Shown one piece after another: positions 1-10,875 of a stretch of DNA of 64,000 nucleotides (its first letter is position 1; each line of letters opens with the position of its first letter). The DNA is taken from contig CAZLJX010000003.1 in NCBI GenBank assembly GCA_964559985.1, positions 16,450 to 80,449 of the forward strand. Reading direction: 5' to 3'. Origin of the DNA: an uncultured Bacteroidales bacterium (GTDB lineage: Bacteria; Bacteroidota; Bacteroidia; Bacteroidales; CAZLJX01). The position numbers and the translations under genes were made by a program. The notes under the pieces are model-generated. The model saw only the letters and a program-made list of their open reading frames with translations. It ran no database searches and was not told the origin of the DNA.

Positions 1-801
1 ACGGTCAAAGCAGGAAGGAGGTCCGCCACGCTGTATATGGCCAAGTACCGTCACTTTTACTTCATAGTCTTTGTATTCTTCTTCAAATTTCCGGGCAATT
101 TCATACGCGCCGCCACCATCGCCCTCGGCAACAATCACCAAACCGCTGGTTTTCTTGCGCTTATTACCGGTTGCGAGGTATTCCCTTAATTTTTCGACAG
201 AAGTTTTAACTTCGGGAATCACAATGGCTTCGGCACCACTGGCAATACCCGAGCGTAAGGCAATAAAACCGGCATCACGTCCCATCACTTCTATAAAAAA
301 CAAACGATTATGAGCACTGGCGGTATCGCGGATTTTATCAACGGCTTCAACCACTGTGTTTAATGCGGTATCATATCCAATGGTACAATCGGTACCATAC
401 AAATCGTTGTCAATGGTTCCTGGTACTCCTATAATGGAAACACCGTGTTCTTCACTCAGCAGGCGGGCACCGGTAAAAGTTCCGTCACCTCCGATCGCTA
501 CGAGTGCATCAATTTCAGCCTTTTTCAGCTGTTCGTATGCTTTTTTCCGCCCCTCAGGGGTTCTGAATTCCGTGCTTCTGGCAGTTTTCAGGATAGTGCC
601 TCCACGCTGTATAATATTGCTGACATGGTGCGACTTCATAATCTGAAATTGTCCGTTTATCATCCCGTGATATCCATGGCGGATACCAATGACTTCCAGT
701 TCATTATAAATCCCGGCCCTGACAACTGCCCTGATGGCAGCGTTCATTCCGGGGGCATCACCACCGGAGGTAAATACTCCAATGCGTTTAATTTTTCCCA
801 T
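1..801 (-). CDS. pfkA: ATP-dependent 6-phosphofructokinase; C-terminal end cut by the window edge
   Basis: Absent from the ORF track because it runs off the window. Hand translation of the reverse strand from the ATG at 799-801 gives [30 protein letters not shown]...[16 protein letters not shown]...[16 protein letters not shown]...[18 protein letters not shown]...[14 protein letters not shown]. These are the canonical PfkA motifs. Confidence 0.9.
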   Translation of the reverse strand, partial: MGKIKRIGVFTSGGDAPGMNAAIRAVVRAGIYNELEVIGIRHGYHGMINGQFQIMKSHHVSNIIQRGGTILKTARSTEFRTPEGRKKAYEQLKKAEIDALVAIGGDGTFTGARLLSEEHGVSIIGVPGTIDNDLYGTDCTIGYDTALNTVVEAVDKIRDTASAHNRLFFIEVMGRDAGFIALRSGIASGAEAIVIPEVKTSVEKLREYLATGNKRKKTSGLVIVAEGDGGGAYEIARKFEEEYKDYEVKVTVLGHIQRGGPPSCFDR

Positions 802-814
802 ATATTCTGATTTT

Positions 815-1666
815 TTACAAGTTTCTGATTCTTTCGGCAACCTCGTCCATTACCCAATGAGGTGTTGATGTTGCTCCACAAATACCGGCTTTTTCTTTTC
901 CGGAAAACCATCTTTCATTTATTTCTGAAACATCCGAAACATGATAAGTGTTCGCATTTTTGCCTTTACAAATTTCAAACAATAATTTTCCGTTCGAACT
1001 GTTTTTACCACTTACAAAAACTATCACATCATATTTGGCTACAAATTCAAGCAATTGCGGAATGCGGTTTGAAACCTGCCGGCAAATGGTATCATGAATT
1101 TTTAACCATGCCTTTGACTTCTTTTTTATTTCTTCGGCAATCAGGTAAAAACTATCAATGCTCTGGGTTGTTTGTGAAAACAGTTCAACAGGCCTTTCAA
1201 AATCAATTGAATCCAGATCATTTATATTTTCGATTAATAAACCTGTGTACGCTGTTTGTCCTAAAAGCCCTTCCACTTCGGCATGTCCTTTTTTTCCGTA
1301 AATCACAACCTGGCCGTTTATTTTCTTCATGGCTTCATATGCCTGTTTAATCCGTTGCTGAATCTTAAGCACTACCGGGCAGGTGGCATCAATCAGGCCG
1401 ATGTGATATTTTTCTGCGATTTCATATGTTTCGGGAGGTTCGCCATGAGCCCTGATGAGGATAGTTTTCCCGGGGTAATGCTGCATATCGTGCCTTTCAA
1501 CAGTAACTAACCCTTTTTGCTTAAGCCTGTTTACCTCGGCCTGGTTATGTACAATTTCGCCAATACAATAAAGGTTATTTTCTTTTCCAAGCTGTTCTTC
1601 AGCTTTGTGGATGGCTGAGGTGACGCCAAAACAAAAACCCGAACCCGGATCAATCTCTACTATCAT
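815..1666 (-). CDS. ispH: 4-hydroxy-3-methylbut-2-enyl diphosphate reductase (MEP pathway)
   Basis: 283 aa. N-terminus [15 protein letters not shown], plus DATCPVV and DTICRQV, which supply the three Fe-S cysteines typical of IspH/LytB. Confidence 0.92.
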   Translation of the reverse strand: MIVEIDPGSGFCFGVTSAIHKAEEQLGKENNLYCIGEIVHNQAEVNRLKQKGLVTVERHDMQHYPGKTILIRAHGEPPETYEIAEKYHIGLIDATCPVVLKIQQRIKQAYEAMKKINGQVVIYGKKGHAEVEGLLGQTAYTGLLIENINDLDSIDFERPVELFSQTTQSIDSFYLIAEEIKKKSKAWLKIHDTICRQVSNRIPQLLEFVAKYDVIVFVSGKNSSNGKLLFEICKGKNANTYHVSDVSEINERWFSGKEKAGICGATSTPHWVMDEVAERIRNL

Positions 1667-1723
1667 GAAAATTAAAAATGGTCACAAATAAATGCGCGGC
1701 AAAAATAATACAATTTTTTGTTT

Positions 1724-2413
1724 TTATGACCCAATAATTGCTTTTGCCTTCTCCAAAACCCACTCCAGTTGTTGCTTTTGCGTAAGGTAACTGTTGTCTA
1801 AAACGATTGCATCGGAAGCCTGAACCAGGGGTGAAATTTTCCGGTTCGTATCAATAAAATCTCTTTGTTTCAGGTTTTCGAGTACCTTTTCAAGGCTGAC
1901 AAGGTCTCCCTTAAGTTTTATTTCGTCAAACCTTCGTTGTGCTCTGACCATCGGATCGGCAGTCATAAAGATTTTCAGTTCGGCCTGTGGAAAAACCACC
2001 GTACCAATATCACGGCCATCCATCACAATGCCCTTATTTAATCCCATTTCCTGTTGCAGGGCTACCAGTTTTTCTCTAACAAATCCCAGTTCACTGATGC
2101 GGCTCACATGCGAAGATACTTCAAGCGAACGGATCGGTTTTTCTACATTTTCACCATTCAGGTAAGTATCAGTGCCGGCAGTGGTATGGTTCACAGTAAA
2201 ATGAATTTTAATCAATCCGATTTGTCTTCGGAGTGAGTCAGTATCAATTTCAGAATTTTTTATTAGCTGATGCTTCAGCGCATATAACGTCACTGCCCGG
2301 TACATGGCTCCGCTGTCGATATAAATATAATGAAGTTCCTTTGCAAGGTCTTTGGCCAATGTGCTTTTTCCACACGACGAGTATCCATCGATGGCAATAA
2401 TGATTTTTTTCAT
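1724..2413 (-). CDS. cmk: cytidylate kinase
   Basis: 229 aa. P-loop IAIDGYSSCGKST, YIDSGAMYRA and DGRDIGTVVFP, all typical of Cmk. Confidence 0.92.
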   Translation of the reverse strand: MKKIIIAIDGYSSCGKSTLAKDLAKELHYIYIDSGAMYRAVTLYALKHQLIKNSEIDTDSLRRQIGLIKIHFTVNHTTAGTDTYLNGENVEKPIRSLEVSSHVSRISELGFVREKLVALQQEMGLNKGIVMDGRDIGTVVFPQAELKIFMTADPMVRAQRRFDEIKLKGDLVSLEKVLENLKQRDFIDTNRKISPLVQASDAIVLDNSYLTQKQQLEWVLEKAKAIIGS

Positions 2414-2458
2414 CCTTATGTTTTTCTGTAAAAATAGTAAAAATCAGCAGTCCGTCAA

Positions 2459-3535
2459 TTAAACTTCAGTAGTTCTGGCAACTTGCTTTTTAATCAGTGT
2501 GTTCAGATTAATGCTGAATGAAAACTGGTGGGTCGATCCGGCAATATGATATTTTGAATTGGAATAACTCAACGACATTTTTTTCAGGTTTAAGGCCATG
2601 CCCCATGAGAAACCTGTGCTGCCCTTTAATTCTTCAACCATCATCTGCTGCCTGCGCTGGTAATTGTATCCAAGGTTCACAGAAAAAGTTTTCACTGGTA
2701 CAAACTCAACGCCCAAAATAATGTGCCGCATTATACCGTCAAAAAGGCCGGTTCCGGCAAATTTTCCTGCCTGTCCTGACGTTTCGTCAGGCAAACCGGG
2801 CTGTTCCGTTTTTCTGTAGTTCAGATCGGGCATTTCAATATGACGTACTGCCAAAGAGAACCTGAAGGGCGCATGAAGCAGCTTTTTTGAAATACCGGCC
2901 TGCACTTCAAAAGGCAGGTTTTCTCTTGAAGTTCCATAGAAAGGCTGAAGCTGGTAACCCGCATTTTTTATAACCAGCGAAACAGCCAGTAGCTGATGGG
3001 GGTTAAAGTAGGTGATGCCTGCATCGGCAGCAATGGCCGACGAAGCATAGTTCTCGTAGTTGGCAATAATGGGTTTAAGGGTAACCCCGAATTGAAACAT
3101 ACTGTCAATGGGGTATGACCAGGCCATATTCAGTGCCGTTTCGCCGGCTGTAAAATTACCGTCGCTATTGCCATATTCATCGGTCTGGGTAAATGATCCG
3201 TAACCCACATGAAATATGCCGGCTGCAAAAGAACCGTATTTGCCATAATCGCGTGTAAATGAAAAAAATGTCTGGTTTATTCCGGCATAATAATGGTTGT
3301 ATGAAAAAGTAGCAATATTATGATTTTCGGGTCTTAACAACGACGGGTTTTGAAATGAAAGCCCTGCATCATCACCGGGTACAGCAACCGATGTGCCACC
3401 CAGTGCAGCAACTTTTGATGTGTACGGAAGGTTAAGGAAATTAAATACCGCTGTTCCACCGACCTGTGAAAATCCTTCCTGAGAAAATATAAACACAGCG
3501 GTTACCGAAATGACGATGGTTTTTATAGTTTGCAT
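2459..3535 (-). CDS. porQ: PorV/PorQ-family outer-membrane beta-barrel, most like T9SS PorQ
   Basis: 358 aa with a signal peptide. N-terminal motif FNFLNLPYTSKVAALGGTSVAVPGDDAGLSFQNPSLL resembles the PorQ/PorV family signature. Sequence is beta-rich with alternating aromatics. Assignment is from memory of the family, not from a search. Confidence 0.65.
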   Translation of the reverse strand: MQTIKTIVISVTAVFIFSQEGFSQVGGTAVFNFLNLPYTSKVAALGGTSVAVPGDDAGLSFQNPSLLRPENHNIATFSYNHYYAGINQTFFSFTRDYGKYGSFAAGIFHVGYGSFTQTDEYGNSDGNFTAGETALNMAWSYPIDSMFQFGVTLKPIIANYENYASSAIAADAGITYFNPHQLLAVSLVIKNAGYQLQPFYGTSRENLPFEVQAGISKKLLHAPFRFSLAVRHIEMPDLNYRKTEQPGLPDETSGQAGKFAGTGLFDGIMRHIILGVEFVPVKTFSVNLGYNYQRRQQMMVEELKGSTGFSWGMALNLKKMSLSYSNSKYHIAGSTHQFSFSINLNTLIKKQVARTTEV

Positions 3536-3712
3536 TGAATAATATTAACCGGTTTGGCAAAATAACGAAATATTTCTGAAAATAGTATTTTCCCCCCTTT
3601 AACAGCATGACAGCCATAAAAATAAATTGATGACAACAGAAATGATAAGAAGAAAAATGAATTATTTATTAAAATTTTCGAGTCACTATCTACCTTAAGG
3701 CAAGTTGAGGAG

Positions 3713-4213
3713 TTATCCCAATTCATTCATTTCACCAAGTTTATCCATTATTGCTGAAACGGCCGGACATATTGCTGCATCTTTCAGCATCACATCAAGC
3801 ACGGCTCTGATATTAGATCTTGAAGTATGCGGATAATCGCGGCAGGCAGATGGCCTTTGCTGATAAACGCTGCAATAATTATCGTCACCAATAAACGGAC
3901 AGGGCATAGCCCGGAAAATATAATCGTTATCTTCGTCAATTTTCAGGTAAGTCTCAGTAAAAACCGAAGGTTTCATGCGAAGAAAACCTGAAAGGCGCGC
4001 TACATCGCGATCGGTAAGCCGCGGGCCCAGCACACGGCAGCAACGGGCGCACGTAAGGCAATCGGTGACTTCAAACACCTGCAGGTGAAATTGGTGAATC
4101 AGTTCATCGATTGGAAAACCCGGTCGTTTTTTTATCTTCATCACCAGTTTTCTATAGTGATCCGGCTTATTTCCGGATGACCTGTTCTCATTATTTTTCC
4201 CTTGCATCATCAT
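3713..4213 (-). CDS. YkgJ-family (CxxCxxCC) cysteine-cluster protein
   Basis: 166 aa. Motifs CLTCARCC and CPFIGDDNYCSVYQQRPSACRDYP match the zinc/iron-chelating YkgJ/UPF0153 pattern. Overlaps the upstream rhomboid gene by 23 nt. An alternative start at MKIKK (4141) is possible. Confidence 0.7.
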   Translation of the reverse strand: MMMQGKNNENRSSGNKPDHYRKLVMKIKKRPGFPIDELIHQFHLQVFEVTDCLTCARCCRVLGPRLTDRDVARLSGFLRMKPSVFTETYLKIDEDNDYIFRAMPCPFIGDDNYCSVYQQRPSACRDYPHTSRSNIRAVLDVMLKDAAICPAVSAIMDKLGEMNELG

Positions 4214-4916
4214 TCGGGTTTGTTATGGCCGGGTCATGGTTTTCAAACCAATGATGGGTGTATGAAGAAAAATATTCAGGAATATTTTCGGTATCATCTT
4301 CACTATCTTCATCCGGTTCATCGTCTTCGGGTTTACGGATAACATATTCACTTTTAAACCACACTGAAAGAGCCATCCCCGATAATGCACCTGCCAGGTG
4401 CGATTCCCATGAAACCTCGCCCGGTTGTGGAAAAACGCCCCACACCATGCTTCCGTAAAAGAAAATGATCAGCAGCGATAAAACTGACAGCCGTGTATTT
4501 TTTGAAATAATACCGCTTACCACCAGGAAAAATGCCATCGAATATAAAAGTCCGCTGGCCCCGATGTGATAAGATGGCCGGGCAAAAAGCCAAACCAACA
4601 GGTGGGTGATTATCCATCCGGAAAAAAGTACCCGGAATGCCAGCCTGGGATAGAAAAAGAAAAGTGCTGTGGTCATCATCAGCAGCGCTGCCGTATTATT
4701 AATAATGTGACTGAGGTTGGAATGGATAAAAGGAGCAAAAAAAATTCCCTGTAATCCTGACAGATTTCTTGGATTGATACCAAATTCCGCAAAACTGGTA
4801 TGACTTCCCTTTTCAAAGATAAAAACCATCCATATAAGAGCCGTCAGCATAGCGGCAATAAAAAGGCTGATGCTGAATCTTCTTTTGTCAGTATTTTGAT
4901 CTTCAATATTTTGCAT
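4191..4916 (-). CDS. rhomboid-family intramembrane serine protease
   Basis: 241 aa, multi-pass hydrophobic. Catalytic-type motifs GASGLLYSM (GxSG) and SHLAGALSGM (His). Acidic C-terminal tail. Its start overlaps the prfC stop by 1 nt (TAATG). Confidence 0.8.
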   Translation of the reverse strand: MQNIEDQNTDKRRFSISLFIAAMLTALIWMVFIFEKGSHTSFAEFGINPRNLSGLQGIFFAPFIHSNLSHIINNTAALLMMTTALFFFYPRLAFRVLFSGWIITHLLVWLFARPSYHIGASGLLYSMAFFLVVSGIISKNTRLSVLSLLIIFFYGSMVWGVFPQPGEVSWESHLAGALSGMALSVWFKSEYVIRKPEDDEPDEDSEDDTENIPEYFSSYTHHWFENHDPAITNPNDDAREK

Positions 4917-6496
4917 TAGAATTCGGAAGTAAAATAAAATTTAATTTTCGGAAAGTTTTGCTGCGACATAGCCAGTTCATATTCCGATTCGGCCAGGAAT
5001 ACATCGCGGCCATGTTTATCGGTGGCGATGTTTTTATATTTCCGTTTTTTAAAATCGTCGAGCTGGGTTTCATTATCTGATTGTATCCAACAGGCTTTAT
5101 GCAGGTTAATGGGTTCGTAGCGGCACGAAGCACCGTATTCGTGCAATAACCTGAATTGAATGACTTCAAACTGCAGCGCACCTACTGTTCCTATAATTTT
5201 ACGGTTATTGAATGTATTTGTAAATAATTGGGCTACACCTTCATCCATTAACTGATCAATTCCTTTTGCCAGCTGTTTCGATTTCATGGGGTCTGCATTT
5301 TCGATGTACCTGAAAAGTTCAGGGCTGAAACTCGGAATGCCCTTAAAATGAAGCGGTTCTCCTTCGGTAAGGCTATCGCCAATTTTAAAATTTCCGGTAT
5401 CGTGCACCCCTACAATATCTCCAGGGAAAGCAAAATCAATCACCGATTTTTTATCGGCCATAAAAGATGTTGGGTTCGAAAACTTGAAATACCTGCCATG
5501 GCGTACATGCAGATAATTTTTATTACGTTCGAAAATTCCCGAACAGATTTTCACAAAAGCAATACGGTCGCGGTGATTAGGATCCATATTGGCATGGATT
5601 TTAAAAACAAAACCTGTAAATTTCTGCTCGTCAGGTTTAATCTGGCGTTCGTGGGTTTCTACCGGCCTTGGCGATGGGGCAATGCGGATAAATGTATCGA
5701 GCAATTCCTTGACTCCGAAATTATACAAAGCACTTCCAAAAAACACAGGTGCAATGCTGGCCTGCAAATAAGGTGATATATCGAAAGCCGGGTAAACCCC
5801 TTCAATCAGTTCAGCATTATCACGCAGCAACGACGCATGTTTTGGACCAATAATTTCAGGTAATTCCGGATCGTATATGCTAATTTTCAACGGATCTTCT
5901 GCTTTGGTGCGGTCGGAACCGGTAAAAAAATAAATGGTCTGATCGAGCAGGCTGTAAATACCTTTAAGATCGCGGCCTTCGCCAATTGGCCATGTAAGAG
6001 GCCGTACCTTTATATGCAGCAGGTTTTCAATTTCGTCGAGCAGGTCGAACGGGTCACGGCATTCGCGATCGAGTTTATTGATAAAAACAATCACCGGAGT
6101 ATTTCGCATCCGGCACACCTGCATCAGTTTTTTGGTCTGACTTTCAACACCTTTTGCAGCATCAATCACCACGATGACACTATCCACTGCGGTAAGGGTA
6201 CGAAAGGTATCTTCGGCAAAATCTTCATGTCCGGGGGTATCAAGTATATTGATTTTGATGTCGTTATAATCAAAGCCCATGACAGAAGTAGCCACCGAAA
6301 TGCCACGCTGGCGTTCAATTTCCATAAAATCGGAAGTGGCAGTTTTCTTTATCTTGTTCGATTTTACAGCACCGGCAACATGAATGGCACCGCCAAACAG
6401 CAGCAATTTCTCGGTAAGGGTTGTTTTTCCTGCATCGGGATGACTCACAATGGCAAACGTACGGCGACGCAGTATTTCCTGGTTTAATGACATCAT
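4916..6496 (-). CDS. prfC: peptide chain release factor 3 (GTPase)
   Basis: [29 protein letters not shown] (G1), DTPGHEDF (G3), NKLDR (G4). I placed the start at the MMSLNQEI methionines (6494-6496) rather than the track start at 6556, because the extra 20 aa are hydrophobic and unlike PrfC. Confidence 0.93.
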   Translation of the reverse strand: MMSLNQEILRRRTFAIVSHPDAGKTTLTEKLLLFGGAIHVAGAVKSNKIKKTATSDFMEIERQRGISVATSVMGFDYNDIKINILDTPGHEDFAEDTFRTLTAVDSVIVVIDAAKGVESQTKKLMQVCRMRNTPVIVFINKLDRECRDPFDLLDEIENLLHIKVRPLTWPIGEGRDLKGIYSLLDQTIYFFTGSDRTKAEDPLKISIYDPELPEIIGPKHASLLRDNAELIEGVYPAFDISPYLQASIAPVFFGSALYNFGVKELLDTFIRIAPSPRPVETHERQIKPDEQKFTGFVFKIHANMDPNHRDRIAFVKICSGIFERNKNYLHVRHGRYFKFSNPTSFMADKKSVIDFAFPGDIVGVHDTGNFKIGDSLTEGEPLHFKGIPSFSPELFRYIENADPMKSKQLAKGIDQLMDEGVAQLFTNTFNNRKIIGTVGALQFEVIQFRLLHEYGASCRYEPINLHKACWIQSDNETQLDDFKKRKYKNIATDKHGRDVFLAESEYELAMSQQNFPKIKFYFTSEF

Positions 6497-6906
6497 AACA
6501 TCTGAAAAAGAGCACAAAAATACAACAGTTATGCCAATTACGGCCTTTTGACCCAATTATTTTTCAAAACAAAAAATCGTGACTCCTTTTTCCCTATTAA
6601 AAGCTGATGCAAATACTTATCACATGGCTGTCAATGTTTCATGCTCCCTGTAGCCGGCGAATAAATTCACAAATAAAGCAATTCATGTTTCAGATATGTA
6701 ATAGACCCACCGTAATAGTATATCAATGAATCATAAAAAAAATATGAAATAAGCAGTATGATAATACATAAAAAAATCAGGCTTTATAAAACATCAAAAT
6801 AATTGATAAAACTTCATGTTTTGCCATTTTTTTTACGTATAATTACGAAACTTTTTGTCATTAAAGAGAATGAAATAAAACATAGTAATCATTAATTTTT
6901 AAACCT

Positions 6907-7983
6907 ATGAAAAAACTTTTACTCACAATGGCCAGCCTGCTTAGCCTTGGAATGTTGATGGCACAAACCGATCTGTTTATTTCTGAATATGTTGAAGGAT
7001 CGGGCAACAGTAAAGCAATTGAAATTTATAACCCTACTGCTAACGCCATCAGTCTGACGAATTATTACGTTGCCCGTTTCAGCAATGGTTCAACCGGTTA
7101 TTCCGGAGGTGGAATTACCCAGCTTTCAGGTACTATTCAGCCATACTCCGTTTTTATATTGGTAAACGGGCAAACCACTTCAACTTCAACCTCACCTGCC
7201 TGCAGCCCTGTATTGCAAGGCCTTATCGTCCCCAATGGCGGTTCTATTCCCGGCATGATGGATATTCCTTATCCTTCACCAACCTATATGAATGGAAATG
7301 ACGCCATTGCCATTATGAAAGATATTAATGGTGACGGTACACCTGAGCTTCCTGTTGACCTTTTCGGACAAACAGGATTGCTTGGCACCATTGAAGCCGA
7401 AACAGGATGGTCAAACATTAAAGACACCCTGGTTACCTATTATGTCAAAGTGATTAACGGAACCGATACCACCTGGGTTGAAGTGCAAAGCACCATTGCC
7501 AATTATATTGTCAAAGCCAAGGACAATACCGGGCAATATTACGGGCCATTCTGGATGTGCTGGACAAAAGACCATACCTTGAAACGCAAACCAAATGTTG
7601 TTGACGGGGTTAAAACTAACCCGACTGCTGGTTTTTCTGTTTCTGTGCAGTGGGATACTTTACCGGGTGGCGAAGATATCTGGACCGACCTTGGACACCA
7701 CGATTGTGTAGCTGATCCCAATTACCACAGCGTTGCCACGATAAAAAATACCTTTATTTCGGTTTATCCCAACCCGGCACAGGATGTAATTAATCTTGTT
7801 TCGAACTACCCGGTTGAAAAAATCGAAATTTTAAATATTACCGGACAGGTTATCAGGCAGATAAGCGATGTATCGGGCAATATTATCTCTATCAGTGACA
7901 ACAACCTGAAACCAGGCGTTTACCTCGTAAAGGTTTATACCAATAACCATCAGACAGCCATTCAGAAGTTGCTGATTGAGTAA
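6907..7983 (+). CDS. secreted lamin-tail-domain (LTD) protein with T9SS C-terminal sorting domain
   Basis: 358 aa with a signal peptide. DLFISEYVEGSGNSKAIEIYNPT...YYVARFSNG matches the LTD module at the N-terminus of ExeM/NucH-type extracellular nucleases. C-terminus ISVYPNPAQDVINL...GVYLVKVYTNNHQTAIQKLLIE is a typical T9SS CTD. Confidence 0.7.
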   Translation: MKKLLLTMASLLSLGMLMAQTDLFISEYVEGSGNSKAIEIYNPTANAISLTNYYVARFSNGSTGYSGGGITQLSGTIQPYSVFILVNGQTTSTSTSPACSPVLQGLIVPNGGSIPGMMDIPYPSPTYMNGNDAIAIMKDINGDGTPELPVDLFGQTGLLGTIEAETGWSNIKDTLVTYYVKVINGTDTTWVEVQSTIANYIVKAKDNTGQYYGPFWMCWTKDHTLKRKPNVVDGVKTNPTAGFSVSVQWDTLPGGEDIWTDLGHHDCVADPNYHSVATIKNTFISVYPNPAQDVINLVSNYPVEKIEILNITGQVIRQISDVSGNIISISDNNLKPGVYLVKVYTNNHQTAIQKLLIE

Positions 7984-8003
7984 ATCTTAACAAAAGATAT
8001 CCA

Positions 8004-8035
8004 GGTATCCGGATAAATTCCGGATGCCTTTTTTT
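8004..8035 (+). terminator. putative intrinsic terminator after the LTD gene
   Basis: GGTATCCGGA / TCCGGATGCC inverted repeat (one G-U pair) with loop TAAAT, followed by T7. Confidence 0.5.
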
Positions 8036-8088
8036 ATCTTCAGATAAAACAAACATGTATATGAATATTTTGAATAAATAAAAAGGCA

Positions 8089-10863
8089 ATGAAAAGATTT
8101 TTCCTGTTATTTATAGGTATTTTGATGGTTTATGCTGCTTTTTCGCAAAAAACAACCATCTCGGGTGTGGTCAGGGATGGCCAGACCATGGAAACCCTGA
8201 TCGGGGCAAATGTCATCGTGGGTGCCGGTGTAGGTACTATTACCGATTTTGACGGCCGGTTTATGCTTGAAGTTTCACCGGGCGAATATGAACTGAAAGT
8301 TTCGTATGTGGGATACCTTGAGTATTCAAAGAAAGTTACGGTTGGAAATAAATCGCTGACCTTTGATATCAAACTCGAAACCCTTGTGCTCGATGAGGTT
8401 AGTGTGGTTGCTGATGTGGCCCGTGCCCGGCAGACACCCATTGCATTTACCAATGTATTGCCCGCAAAAATTGAAGAACAACTGGCCGGACAGGACATTC
8501 CGATGGTGCTTAACTCCACCCCCGGAGTTTATGCTACCCAGCAGGGCGGCGGCGATGGTGATGCACGAATTACTATCCGTGGTTTTGATCAACGCAATGT
8601 TGGTGTTTTACTTGACGGTGTTCCGGTTAATGATATGGAAAACGGTTGGGTTTACTGGTCAAACTGGTTTGGCCTCGATGCGGTAACACGCTCCATGCAG
8701 GTACAACGGGGATTAGGAGCTTCAAAACTGGCTTTGCCTTCGGTAGGAGGAACGGTAAATATAATCACCAAAGGGTTTGATACCAAACGTGAAGCAAAAA
8801 TATCGGAAGAAATAGACTGGGAAGGAAAAACAAAAACTACAATCGGTTTTAACAGCGGCAAACTTAAACATGGTTTTGCATTTACCGGAGCAGGTTCATA
8901 TAAAAGAGGAAATACCTATATTGAACAAACCCGGAGCGAAGGATGGTTTTATTACCTGAAACTTGATAAGCGCACCGGAAATCATATTACCAGTATCATG
9001 GCCATGGGAGCACCACAATGGCACGACCAGCGAAGTTATAAAAAGCCAATCGCTACTTATTCGGCTCAAATGGCTAAAGACCTGGATGTTGTGCTTACCG
9101 GAAAAAGAAATGCCTCAAGCCCTGAAAGAAATATTTACCCCATTTATGATATGGGAATTGATTACAATCAGCACTGGGGATATGTTAAACGCGATAAAGA
9201 AGTCTGGAATGCCGATACTACAGCAAGAATTCTTGATGCAAATGCCGACAGGGAAGTTTTAAACGAAACACGAAATTTTTACCATAAGCCACAGTATAGC
9301 ATCCGAGATTTCTGGAATGTAAACGATAAACTGGCAATATCAAACGTTTTATACATGTCAAAAGGGAATGGCGGTGGAACAGGACTTGGTGTTTCATTAA
9401 AAGATTATGTTCATGTCAGTGACTGGGTGCTGGACACAACAAAAGATGATTATGGCCAGATCAACTGGCAATACTTTTATAATTTGAATATTCTGGGAGG
9501 CGGACCTTTCAGCCCCCCGCCCCACAACCACCATCCCAAACTGCTCGAAGCTGTCAATTATGTAATGAGCAGCAACAACGAACATATCTGGTATGGTTAT
9601 GTAGGAACAGCTACTTATAAATTAAACCCGAACTATACTTTTTCTGGCGGGTTGGATTTGAGGTCATATAAAGGAATTCATTACAGGCAAATTATTGATT
9701 TACTGGGTGCCGATTTTGTATGGGATCAGAATGACAACCGTGTGCCGGATAATGACCCTTCGAATATGAAAAAAGTTGGTGATAAAGTTGATTATTATTA
9801 CGATGGCCTTGTCAGATGGGGAGGCGCTTTTGGGCAACTTGAATATTCTGGGGGTTTGTTTTCTGCATTTGTGAATATCACCGGCGCCATCAGTAAATAT
9901 AAACTGGTGCATTATTTTCAGGACAAATCCACCCCATGGAAATCTATTCCCGGAGGAACAATAAAAGGAGGAGTCAATTATAATTTATCGGAAAAAATGA
10001 ATCTTTTCTGCAACCTGGGATATTTATCCAAAGCCCGTGATTTCAGGTATATTTTCCCGAATTACAATCCTAAATTCAGTAATAATCTTGATAATGAAAG
10101 GGTAAAAGCTTTAGAAGTAGGCTATACCTATACTTCTCAGATTTTCTCAGCCAATTTAAATACTTATATTACAAGGTGGGAAAATAAACCATCTCTTTCT
10201 GTAAGGTATGGTGATGAAGGTACCGGCGAAATTCCTGGCATGGATGCATTGCACAAAGGGATTGAACTCGATTGTATTTATAAACCCTTACGCAACCTCG
10301 AAATTCAGGGTTTGGTTTCTTTGGGTGATTGGAAATGGGATAAAAAAGTGGATGATGTAATTATTTATTCCGTTGCCAACAGTTCCGTTATCCTTGATAC
10401 AATAAGTATAGATGCCCGTGATATTCATGTCAGTATGGCAGCACAAACCCAATTTGGCGGTTCGGTACGTTATGAGATTATAAAAGACCTCTATGTGATG
10501 GGAAAAGTTACTTATTTCAGTAAGAATTTCTCTGAATTTTCACCCGAACAAACCATTGACCCTGCTACAGGGAAATCACGCGATTCATGGGAAATGCCTG
10601 CTTATACCATTTTCGACTTCCATGCAGGGTATAAATGGAGTTTCAAGCATTTTGAAAAAACCAGGTTTAGTTTTAAAATCAATGTGCTGAATATATTTGA
10701 TAAAATCTATATCGTTGATGGCAAAAATAATGATTCATACCATCCTGCAGCCGGATATATTACCAGTAAAGGCGTAATAGGCAGCACTTTTGATGCCAAT
10801 TCGGCTACCGTTTTCTTTGGTCCTCCCAGAAGGATTACCACCAGTTTTGAAATAACATTTTAA
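8089..10863 (+). CDS. TonB-dependent receptor with N-terminal carboxypeptidase-regulatory-like domain
   Basis: 924 aa with a signal peptide. ISGVVRDGQTMETLIGANVIV...DFDGRFMLEVSPGEYELKVSYVGY is CarboxypepD_reg-like. Plug-like ITIRGFDQRNVGVLLDGVPVNDMENG. Long beta-rich barrel ending in an aromatic residue (SFEITF). No SusD-like partner follows. Confidence 0.85.
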   Translation: MKRFFLLFIGILMVYAAFSQKTTISGVVRDGQTMETLIGANVIVGAGVGTITDFDGRFMLEVSPGEYELKVSYVGYLEYSKKVTVGNKSLTFDIKLETLVLDEVSVVADVARARQTPIAFTNVLPAKIEEQLAGQDIPMVLNSTPGVYATQQGGGDGDARITIRGFDQRNVGVLLDGVPVNDMENGWVYWSNWFGLDAVTRSMQVQRGLGASKLALPSVGGTVNIITKGFDTKREAKISEEIDWEGKTKTTIGFNSGKLKHGFAFTGAGSYKRGNTYIEQTRSEGWFYYLKLDKRTGNHITSIMAMGAPQWHDQRSYKKPIATYSAQMAKDLDVVLTGKRNASSPERNIYPIYDMGIDYNQHWGYVKRDKEVWNADTTARILDANADREVLNETRNFYHKPQYSIRDFWNVNDKLAISNVLYMSKGNGGGTGLGVSLKDYVHVSDWVLDTTKDDYGQINWQYFYNLNILGGGPFSPPPHNHHPKLLEAVNYVMSSNNEHIWYGYVGTATYKLNPNYTFSGGLDLRSYKGIHYRQIIDLLGADFVWDQNDNRVPDNDPSNMKKVGDKVDYYYDGLVRWGGAFGQLEYSGGLFSAFVNITGAISKYKLVHYFQDKSTPWKSIPGGTIKGGVNYNLSEKMNLFCNLGYLSKARDFRYIFPNYNPKFSNNLDNERVKALEVGYTYTSQIFSANLNTYITRWENKPSLSVRYGDEGTGEIPGMDALHKGIELDCIYKPLRNLEIQGLVSLGDWKWDKKVDDVIIYSVANSSVILDTISIDARDIHVSMAAQTQFGGSVRYEIIKDLYVMGKVTYFSKNFSEFSPEQTIDPATGKSRDSWEMPAYTIFDFHAGYKWSFKHFEKTRFSFKINVLNIFDKIYIVDGKNNDSYHPAAGYITSKGVIGSTFDANSATVFFGPPRRITTSFEITF

Positions 10864-10875
10864 ATGAATTAATTT

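Noticed and set aside
71-810. Three plus-strand ORFs from the track (71-313, 356-646, 445-810)
   Set aside because: They are shadow frames. The opposite strand translates into an uninterrupted, motif-perfect PfkA, and the plus-strand products are low-complexity and Ser/Pro/Ala-rich.
3523-3726. 67-aa minus-strand ORF in the porQ/ykgJ intergenic region
   Set aside because: It overlaps both neighbours' ends, and its sequence is Phe/Ser/Leu-rich and low in complexity, as expected from AT-rich spacer. There is no supporting signal.
6497-6556. 20-aa N-terminal extension of prfC in the ORF track
   Set aside because: The extension ([20 protein letters not shown]) is hydrophobic and unlike PrfC. The [14 protein letters not shown] start matches the usual distance to the G1 motif.
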